A stretch of 52,709 nt of DNA, from assembly GCA_015065875.1 (NCBI GenBank), contig SVPK01000001.1, positions 1 to 52,709 of the forward strand, read 5' to 3'. Each line of letters opens with the position of its first letter. The stretch's first letter is position 1. The translations under genes and the position numbers were made by a program. The DNA is from Oscillospiraceae bacterium. GTDB lineage: Bacteria; Bacillota; Clostridia; Oscillospirales; Acutalibacteraceae. Under the pieces are notes generated by a model. That model was given only the letters and a program-made list of their open reading frames with translations, searched no databases and was not told the origin of the DNA. Shown here piece by piece: positions 45,889 to 52,709 of the stretch.

Positions 45889-46137
45889 ATGAACGATATC
45901 GATAAACCAAAAAAACAACTTGATTTTAAATTTACAATCTTAATTTTTCAAACTGCAGTATTTATTTTGGCTATTTTGATTATGCTTGTAATTAAAACTG
46001 CATTTTCGGGCTTTTATAAGGTTGTGAGAGCAGAGTATATCAAATATTTTGAGCAAAGAACCGATGTTGATGACATTCTAAAACCGAACGAAGGGATAGA
46101 ATCCTTTGAGGAAGGATACAAGGTATACATAGAATGA
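45889..46137 (+). CDS. Hypothetical single-TM protein
   Basis: RBS AGGAGG. Overlap-coupled (ATGA) to the next gene. Confidence 0.5.
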   Translation: MNDIDKPKKQLDFKFTILIFQTAVFILAILIMLVIKTAFSGFYKVVRAEYIKYFEQRTDVDDILKPNEGIESFEEGYKVYIE

Positions 46138-46724
46138 CCTTAAAGTTGTTTGGAATAAAAATTAAAATCACCTTTTTGTTTTCGGCGATTATTTGTCTTA
46201 TGTTGTTTATAGATAGGACAGGTCTGATAATACCGCTGTTTTTGGCGGTAGGTGTTCATGAGTTGGCCCACCTTTTTGCTATGAAAGGGCTTGGTTGCGC
46301 TCCGGGCGAAATCGAGTTAATTCCGGGTAGTATTAAAATAATAAACCCACAAAGATATAACCGCAAAAAGGAAAACATAATTTTGCTTTGTGGGCCTTTA
46401 AGCAACCTATTGCTTTTTGCTCTGTTTTATCTTGGCTATAGTTTTAGCGGATATAGGCAATTAGCGGTTTTTGGAGCGGTTCAACTTGTTGTTGCGCTTT
46501 TTAATCTTTTGCCGGCAAAGGGGCTTGACGGTGGGGCACTGCTATATAATTTTTTGCTAAAAATAACAACCGTTACTCGCGCTTCACTTTTGTTTTTGAT
46601 AATATCTGTATTTACAGGAACCTTCTTTTTAACATTCGCCATGATATCGTCAATTTCGGGCAACATAAATCCAAGTATGATAATCTTGGGTATATATATA
46701 ATTATTCTTGCTTTTTCCAAATAA
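46134..46724 (+). CDS. M50-family (site-2 protease-like) membrane metalloprotease
   Basis: HELAHLF (HExxH) and NLLPAKGLDGG motifs in a polytopic protein. Confidence 0.75.
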   Translation: MTLKLFGIKIKITFLFSAIICLMLFIDRTGLIIPLFLAVGVHELAHLFAMKGLGCAPGEIELIPGSIKIINPQRYNRKKENIILLCGPLSNLLLFALFYLGYSFSGYRQLAVFGAVQLVVALFNLLPAKGLDGGALLYNFLLKITTVTRASLLFLIISVFTGTFFLTFAMISSISGNINPSMIILGIYIIILAFSK

Positions 46725-46784
46725 CAGTTGAAACAAATCGTAAATTGTTCTAAAATAGATAATATAAAAAATCAAGGAGCAATT

Positions 46785-48629
46785 ATGGATAGTAAGAATT
46801 TGGAAAAGCTTTTGCTATCGGTTCAAAAACCCGGCAGATATGCGGGTGGCGAGCTTAATAGCATTATTAAGGATAAAGAAAAGGTTGATGTTCGTTTTGC
46901 CTTTTGTTTTCCCGATACATATGAGATTGGTATGTCGCATTTGGGAATGAAAATACTTTATTCCCAGTTTAATGCGCGGGATGATATTTGGTGTGAGCGA
47001 GTTTTTAATCCCTGGATAGATTTTCAAGCCGTTATGCGCGAGAATAATATACCGCTTTTTGCGCTTGAAAGCCGTGACCCGATTAAAGATTTTGATTTTA
47101 TCGGCTTTACATTGCAATATGAGCTTTCATATACCAATGTGCTTAATATGCTCGATTTGGCCGGTGTTCCGCTACGCAGTCGTGACCGAAAGGATTTAAT
47201 GCCTATTGTTGTTGCGGGCGGCCCATGTGCCTGTAATCCCGAGCCGATGGCCGAGTTTATTGATATTTTCTTTTTAGGCGAAGGCGAGGAGGTTGATTTA
47301 GAGGTAATCGACCTTTATAAGCGCATTAAAAAAGAGGGAGGGGACAAGCAGACCTTCCTGCGTGAGGCCGCAAAAATCGAAGGCGTTTATGTTCCTTCGC
47401 TTTATGATTGTGAATACAATTTGGATGGAACCCTAAACTCAATTAAGCCCATTGATGATGCTCCTGCGGTTATAAATAAAAGAATAATGAAGGATATGGA
47501 TAAAAGCTTTTATCCCGAAACCTTTGTTGTTCCGACCACCGAGATTGTTCATGACCGTGCGGTTGAGGAGATTTATCGCGGATGTATTCGCGGTTGCCGT
47601 TTTTGCCAGGCGGGCTTTATTTATCGCCCCGTTAGAGAAAAATCGGTTGATACCATTCTTTCGCAGGCGAAATCCCTTTGCGATACAACGGGATACGATG
47701 AAATATCGCTTTCATCGCTCAGCACAAGCGATTATCGCCAGGTTCAGCAGTTGTTAAGCAGAATGATTGAATGGAGCGAAAAGGATAAGGTTAGCATTTC
47801 GCTGCCATCGCTTCGTATCGATAATTTTTCAACCGAGCTTTTGGAAAAAATTCAGTATATTCGCAAAAGCGGTTTAACCTTTGCTCCCGAGGCGGGAACA
47901 CAGCGCCTGCGCGATGTTATTAATAAAAACATAACCGAAGAGGAGATTTTGAGGACCTGCCTTATGGCTTTCGAGGGCGGATATACCTCTGTTAAGCTAT
48001 ACTTTATGATTGGCTTGCCCACCGAAACTGATGAGGATATTATTGGTATTGCCGAGTTGGGTCAGAAGATAGTTGATTCCTTTTATCGTATGCCCAATAA
48101 GCCCAAATACAAATCTGTTAATGTTTCGATTAGTGTTTCTACCTTTGTTCCCAAGCCTTTTACTCCTTTTCAATTTGAGCCGCAGATAGATATTGATGAA
48201 ATTCGCCGTAAGCACGACCTTTTACGCAATTCGATTAAAACGAAAAAAATATCCTTAAGCTATCATGATTCCTCAACAAGCTTCCTCGAAGGAGTTTTCG
48301 CAAGGGGCGACAGAAAGCTTTGCGATGTTATCGAAACCGCTTATAATAGCGGCTGTAAATTTGATGGTTGGAATGAATGCTTCTCGCTTGATACCTGGAT
48401 GGAGGCATTTAAAAAGTGCGGCATAGATACCGCTTTTTATGCCAACCGCGGACGTGATTACGAGGAGATTTTACCTTGGGACCATCTGAATTATGGTGTA
48501 ACCAAATGCTTCTTTGTTCGTGAGAACGAAAAGGCGCATGGCGCTAAAACAACCCCGAATTGTCGAGAGCAATGTGCGGGTTGCGGAGCAAATTGTTATG
48601 GGGAGGGTGTTTGCTTTGAGAAACGTTAG
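46785..48629 (+). CDS. B12-binding-domain radical SAM protein (TIGR03960-like)
   Basis: CIRGCRFCQAG CxxxCxxC-type cluster motif. ATG at 46785 follows AAGGAG. Confidence 0.8.
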   Translation: MDSKNLEKLLLSVQKPGRYAGGELNSIIKDKEKVDVRFAFCFPDTYEIGMSHLGMKILYSQFNARDDIWCERVFNPWIDFQAVMRENNIPLFALESRDPIKDFDFIGFTLQYELSYTNVLNMLDLAGVPLRSRDRKDLMPIVVAGGPCACNPEPMAEFIDIFFLGEGEEVDLEVIDLYKRIKKEGGDKQTFLREAAKIEGVYVPSLYDCEYNLDGTLNSIKPIDDAPAVINKRIMKDMDKSFYPETFVVPTTEIVHDRAVEEIYRGCIRGCRFCQAGFIYRPVREKSVDTILSQAKSLCDTTGYDEISLSSLSTSDYRQVQQLLSRMIEWSEKDKVSISLPSLRIDNFSTELLEKIQYIRKSGLTFAPEAGTQRLRDVINKNITEEEILRTCLMAFEGGYTSVKLYFMIGLPTETDEDIIGIAELGQKIVDSFYRMPNKPKYKSVNVSISVSTFVPKPFTPFQFEPQIDIDEIRRKHDLLRNSIKTKKISLSYHDSSTSFLEGVFARGDRKLCDVIETAYNSGCKFDGWNECFSLDTWMEAFKKCGIDTAFYANRGRDYEEILPWDHLNYGVTKCFFVRENEKAHGAKTTPNCREQCAGCGANCYGEGVCFEKR

Positions 48630-49254
48630 AGTTTTCTTTACCAAAAAGGGTAGAATGAAGTTTGCTTCCCACCTCGATATGAACCGTCTGATGACCCGAA
48701 TTATCCGTCGTTCCGGAGTTCCTATTTGGTATACAGAAGGTTATAATCAACATCCGTATATTACCTTTGCATTGCCGCTTTCCTTGGGTTTTACAAGTGA
48801 ATACGAAATAATGGATATTCGCGTAACCGATGATGATTTTTCTAATTCGATGGTTATGGAGGCCCTGTCGACTGTTTTCCCCGAAGGGTTAAAGGTAATC
48901 GCTGTTGAGGATATGGTTCAAAAAACGGGTGAGGTTGCTTTTGCAGAGTTCTCGATTTCTTTTGAATCTAACGATAAAGATTTTGCTACCGCTCTTAATG
49001 ATTTTCTTTCGCAGGAATCAATAATTACCGAAAAGAAAACCAAAAAGGGTAAAATGAAGGAAATTGATATGGCGCCCTGCATTAAGAGCTTTTCGGTTGA
49101 AACAGGCGATTGTGTTGTTCTTAATATCGTTTTGGCGGCAGGTGGAGAACAAAATCTTAATCCAACACTTTTACTTGCCGCGTTCGGCGAAACCCCGTAT
49201 TATACCGTTTGCCGCAAAATGATTTATAACTTTGCTATGGAGTGTTTTAAATGA
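48616..49254 (+). CDS. Radical-SAM-associated DUF2344 (TIGR03936-like) protein
   Basis: VRVFFTKKGRMKFASHLDMNRLMTRIIRRSGVPIWYTEGYNQHPYITFALPLSLG. Probable TTG start at 48616, 9 nt after GGAGG. Confidence 0.7.
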   Translation: MRNVRVFFTKKGRMKFASHLDMNRLMTRIIRRSGVPIWYTEGYNQHPYITFALPLSLGFTSEYEIMDIRVTDDDFSNSMVMEALSTVFPEGLKVIAVEDMVQKTGEVAFAEFSISFESNDKDFATALNDFLSQESIITEKKTKKGKMKEIDMAPCIKSFSVETGDCVVLNIVLAAGGEQNLNPTLLLAAFGETPYYTVCRKMIYNFAMECFK

Positions 49255-49850
49255 TAAAGGAATATTCTGTTAAAACTCTTGAAAATCTTTGTTGGGATGA
49301 TGTTCCGAAGGCCGAGATATCAACCTATAAATGGGCTTCGGGTTATGAACCTCGCGCGTATGCACAGGTTGCAGTTTTAAAGGGTAGGGGAATTGCCGCA
49401 AAGCTTACCGCCCATGAAACAGAGCCTCTTGCCGAAAAGAAAAAATTTAACGACCCTGTTTTTGAGGATAGCTGCCTTGAATTTTTTGCTATGTTCGACC
49501 CAAAAAGCGAAAAATATATAAATATCGAGATGAACTCGGTTGGCGCATTTTTGGCAACCGTTCGCAAGGCCGATGGTGATATTGTTACTATAGATAATTT
49601 TATTGATTTGCCCGAAATTAAGGTCGAAAAGAGCGACGATAAATGGTCGGTCGAGGTCTTTTTAAGCTTTTCTGATATCAATAAAATGTTTCCCGGCGCT
49701 ACTTTTGAAAGCGGCTCTGTTATCAGAGCAAACTTTTACAAATGCGGCGATAAAACACAGATTCCTCACTATGGAATGTGGAACGAAATCGGCGGAGATA
49801 AAATTTCTTATCATCAACCCGAATATTTTGGAAAACTTATTATCGAATAA
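49251..49850 (+). CDS. Carbohydrate-binding family 9-like protein
   Basis: Family resemblance only: DSCLEFFAMFDP..YINIEMNSVGA..RANFYKCGD. Confidence 0.55.
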   Translation: MIKEYSVKTLENLCWDDVPKAEISTYKWASGYEPRAYAQVAVLKGRGIAAKLTAHETEPLAEKKKFNDPVFEDSCLEFFAMFDPKSEKYINIEMNSVGAFLATVRKADGDIVTIDNFIDLPEIKVEKSDDKWSVEVFLSFSDINKMFPGATFESGSVIRANFYKCGDKTQIPHYGMWNEIGGDKISYHQPEYFGKLIIE

Positions 49851-49927
49851 AAGAAAAACGGTATGGAACAGTCCATACCGTTTTTTATAATAAAAAAATT
49901 CCCCGAAGCCGTAAAGGATTCGGGGAA

Positions 49928-50002
49928 TGGAGCTGCTAACCAGATTCGAACTGGTGACCTCATCCTTACCAAGGATGTGCTCTACCACCTGAGCCATAGC
50001 AG
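49928..50002 (-). tRNA. tRNA-Thr(GGU)
   Basis: Minus strand GCTGCTA..GCTCAGGTGGTAGAGC..CATCC TTGGTAA GGATG..ACCAGTTCGAATCTGGT TAGCAGC T CCA. Confidence 0.92.
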
Positions 50003-50016
50003 CAAGTCAGCCTGAT

Positions 50017-50045
50017 TATTATATGACAAGATTCTCAACTTGTCA
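50017..50045 (-). promoter_or_regulatory. Promoter of tRNA-Thr
   Basis: On the minus strand, TTGACA (50045-50040), 17 nt, TATAAT (50022-50017). Confidence 0.75.
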
Positions 50046-50178
50046 AGCATAATTTTTAAATAGTTAAAAATAGTTACAAAACGGCCATAAGGTTGACAAG
50101 TTATATATATTTTTGATAAAATATTATAATCAAAATGGTATAACTATGTTTTGTTATATCAAAAGGAGTTCTTTTTTT

Positions 50179-51057
50179 ATGATTAAAAGTATGACAGGCT
50201 TTGGCAGAGCTCAAAAAACTGTTGGCGCCTTTGATGTTACGGTTGAGATAAAGGCTGTTAATCATAAGTTCTTTGAGTTTTCCTCTCGCGTGCCCCGCAA
50301 TTATCTGTTTTTAGAGGAACCGCTAAAAACCTTTTTGAAGGACCATATCTCTCGCGGAAAGGTTGAGGCATATGTAACGGTTGAAAATGCATTAGAGGCC
50401 GATGCCCAAATCAGTATTAATCGCAGTTTTGCCGATGGTTATGTTGCCGCTTTACGTGAGTTGGCGCAGATATATGATCTTCGTGATGATATTTCTGTTT
50501 CAACCGTTTCGCGTCATAGCGATGTTTTTGAGATTAAGCGCAATGAGGTTTTGGAGGATGAGGTAACCGCCGCAGTTCTCGAAACCGCAAGCGAAGCTGT
50601 TGCAAATTTTGTAAAGATGCGTGAGATTGAGGGCGAGAAGCTTAAAAACGATGTTATTTCGCGAGCAAACCTTATTCTTGAAAAGGTTGCCTTTGTTGAA
50701 AGCCGTTCTCCCGAAACTGTTCGTCTTTATCGCGAGCGTCTTGATGAAAAGATTAGAGATTTGCTCGGCGATGCCCAGGTTGATGAGCAGCGTCTGATAA
50801 CCGAGGTTGCAATTTTTGCCGATAAGGTTGCCGTTGCTGAAGAAACCGTTCGTCTGCGCAGTCATATTTCGCAGATGTTCAGTATGCTTGATGGTGATAA
50901 CGCAATCGGAAGAAAACTCGATTTTCTTATCCAGGAAATGAACCGCGAAGCAAATACTATCGGTTCAAAAGCGCAGGATGTTGAAATCGCTCATACGGTT
51001 GTTGATATAAAATCCGAAATCGAAAAGATTCGCGAACAGATTCAGAACATAGAATAG
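50179..51057 (+). CDS. yicC: YicC-family stress-induced protein
   Basis: MIKSMTGFGRA N-terminus. C-terminal LIQEMNREANTIGSKA. ATG at 50179 follows AAGGAG. Confidence 0.88.
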   Translation: MIKSMTGFGRAQKTVGAFDVTVEIKAVNHKFFEFSSRVPRNYLFLEEPLKTFLKDHISRGKVEAYVTVENALEADAQISINRSFADGYVAALRELAQIYDLRDDISVSTVSRHSDVFEIKRNEVLEDEVTAAVLETASEAVANFVKMREIEGEKLKNDVISRANLILEKVAFVESRSPETVRLYRERLDEKIRDLLGDAQVDEQRLITEVAIFADKVAVAEETVRLRSHISQMFSMLDGDNAIGRKLDFLIQEMNREANTIGSKAQDVEIAHTVVDIKSEIEKIREQIQNIE

Positions 51058-51066
51058 GTGAATAAA

Positions 51067-51339
51067 ATGAAACTTATAAATATTGGATTTGGTAATATGG
51101 TATCTGCCGCTCGCTTGGTTGCGATAGTAAGCCCCGAATCTGCGCCTATCAAGCGCATTATTCAGGATGCAAAAGAACGCGGAGTTCTCATTGATGCAAC
51201 CCATGGCCGCAGAACTCGCGCCGTTATTATTACGGATAGTGACCATATAATTCTTACATATCTTCAGTCTGAAACTGTTGCAAACAGGGTTTATGACGAT
51301 ACCGATTATGATGATATCGAGGAGGAAGAGGATGAGTAA
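51067..51339 (+). CDS. remA: DUF370 / RemA-family regulator
   Basis: [55 protein letters not shown]. Confidence 0.88.
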   Translation: MKLINIGFGNMVSAARLVAIVSPESAPIKRIIQDAKERGVLIDATHGRRTRAVIITDSDHIILTYLQSETVANRVYDDTDYDDIEEEEDE

Positions 51340-51940
51340 GGGTCGCCTTTATATCGTTTCCGGACCTTCCGGTTCGGGAAAGGATACCATCCTAAAAGAG
51401 GTATTCCAAAAGTGTCCCGAAATTTTCTTTTCTATTTCTTCAATTTCCCGCCCTATGCGACCGGGAGAGGTTGAAGGTGAAAAGTATCATTTCATATCAA
51501 AGGATGAATTCTTAAAGCTTATCGATGATGATATGCTTCTTGAATATAATCAGTTTTGCGGAAACTACTATGGTTCTCCCAAACAACCCGTTTTGGATGC
51601 GCTCAACTGCGGCAGAGATGCTTTGCTGGAGGTTGATGTTAACGGAGCGGCTCAAGTAAGAAAGGTAATGCCTGAAGCGGTTAGCATTTTTATTATGCCG
51701 CCCTCTTATGCCGAGCTTCATCGTCGTTTATCGGGTCGCGGAACCGAAACCGAAGAGGTAATCGGTGCTAGAATGAAAACCGCGCTCCAGGAAATCGGTC
51801 GCGCATGCGAATACGATTATATTGTTGTTAATGATGTTCTTTCCGAAGCGGTTGACGATTTAATTGGTATTATTCGCAGTCAACGTTTCAAAACCGAAAG
51901 ACAAATAAATATTATTAATGAGGTGCTTAAAAATGCTTAA
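51332..51940 (+). CDS. gmk: Guanylate kinase
   Basis: P-loop [29 protein letters not shown]. Overlaps the remA stop. Confidence 0.92.
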   Translation: MSKGRLYIVSGPSGSGKDTILKEVFQKCPEIFFSISSISRPMRPGEVEGEKYHFISKDEFLKLIDDDMLLEYNQFCGNYYGSPKQPVLDALNCGRDALLEVDVNGAAQVRKVMPEAVSIFIMPPSYAELHRRLSGRGTETEEVIGARMKTALQEIGRACEYDYIVVNDVLSEAVDDLIGIIRSQRFKTERQINIINEVLKNA

Positions 51941-52115
51941 TCCCGCAATTGGTGAACTTATCGAAATGGAAAACAATCGCTATCAACTTGTTCTTAAGAT
52001 AGCAAAAGAGGCAAGAACTATTTCCGAGGATGCTCAAAAGAACGAGGAAATTATTGTTGAAAAGCCTGTAAGCCTGGCAATCAACAAGCTTTCTGCCGAG
52101 TATAAAAACAGATAA
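51933..52115 (+). CDS. rpoZ: DNA-directed RNA polymerase subunit omega
   Basis: [25 protein letters not shown]. Sits in the conserved gmk-rpoZ position. Confidence 0.85.
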   Translation: MLNPAIGELIEMENNRYQLVLKIAKEARTISEDAQKNEEIIVEKPVSLAINKLSAEYKNR

Positions 52116-52147
52116 ATTAAATTATTTCATTTTAGGGGGTGTTTTGC

Positions 52148-52709
52148 GTGGGCAATTTGGTTGCTGCAGTTGTAATCGATAAGTCGACACCTGTTTTTGA
52201 CCGTCAATATGATTATATTGTCCCCGCAACTCTCAAAAATGAAAGTTTGGTCGGATGCCGTGTTTTGGTGCCCTTCGGAAAGGGTAATACCAAAAGGCAG
52301 GGCTTTGTATTATCGGTTAAAGAATCTGATACTACAGAGTCGCTTAAGAGTATCATTTCGGTAATGGATAAAACTCCGATATTAAATGACGAAATGATAA
52401 AACTGGTCATTCGATTAAAGGAGCATACCTTTTCTACCTATTTTGATGCCTTGCATGCCGTTTTGCCCAGTGGGTTAGGTGTTAAGCTTGTTAATGAGTA
52501 TAGCGTTAAAAACGGCGATTTTAAGGCTCTTGAAGGCGACGAGAGAACTGTTGCCGAGTATGTGTCTGCCTGTGGCAGTGTAACGGCTGAAAAGGTTGGC
52601 AAACAATTCTCACTCGCTTGTGCCGAAGAGCTTTTGGAAAAGCTTACTCGTTTGGGTTATCTGTATCGTGATAGCAACCCCATAAGAAAAATCGGCGATG
52701 CAACCGTTA
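52148..52709 (+). CDS. priA: Primosomal protein N-prime (PriA), N-terminal part; runs off the window
   Basis: Not in the ORF track. GTG at 52148 lies 9 nt after GGGGG. Translation VAAVVIDKSTPVFDRQYDYIVP..LVGCRVLVPFGKGNTKRQGFVL. The frame stays open to the window end. Confidence 0.85.
   Translation, partial: MGNLVAAVVIDKSTPVFDRQYDYIVPATLKNESLVGCRVLVPFGKGNTKRQGFVLSVKESDTTESLKSIISVMDKTPILNDEMIKLVIRLKEHTFSTYFDALHAVLPSGLGVKLVNEYSVKNGDFKALEGDERTVAEYVSACGSVTAEKVGKQFSLACAEELLEKLTRLGYLYRDSNPIRKIGDATV

Noticed and set aside
49662-49997. 111-aa minus-strand ORF
   Set aside because: It overlaps tRNA-Thr(GGU) and the 3-prime end of the CBM9-like gene on the opposite strand, so it is spurious.

Overview
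This window looks like chromosomal DNA from a low-GC, endospore-forming Firmicute. It is probably Clostridia, and possibly Ruminococcaceae-like given a cohesin/dockerin pair; the taxonomy is inference only. No searches were run, so every family call rests on motifs read from the translations.

Most of the window is housekeeping: mnmA, feoAB, uvrC, spoIIGA-sigE, metK, nfnAB-like genes, a radical-SAM pair, yicC-remA-gmk-rpoZ-priA and five tRNAs. There are lysine, FMN and SAM riboswitches. An accessory surface-protein and regulator block spans 3.1-11.3 kb.

The main finding is that feoB is split by a 5,222-bp element (about 19969-25190). The element carries a large serine recombinase at one end and a small acidic ORF at the other. 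Between them sits an L-box-controlled dapA-ddh-lysA operon. Both junctions share an AAA core, and the element ends are 18-bp perfect (about 30-bp imperfect) inverted repeats that rebuild a palindromic attP. Deleting the element in silico restores one in-frame 712-aa FeoB. This is the layout of the skin-type intervening elements of spore formers, but in an iron-transporter gene and with DAP/lysine cargo.

Other points worth a second look:
- an ECF-type sigma gene translationally coupled to a membrane-anchored serpin
- a cohesin/dockerin operon with unusual Cys-rich modules
- an nhaC gene with an in-frame TGA
- a tRNA-Leu gene preceded by a duplicated 5-prime part and a structured leader

Two edge genes, an ABC transporter and priA, are absent from the ORF track.
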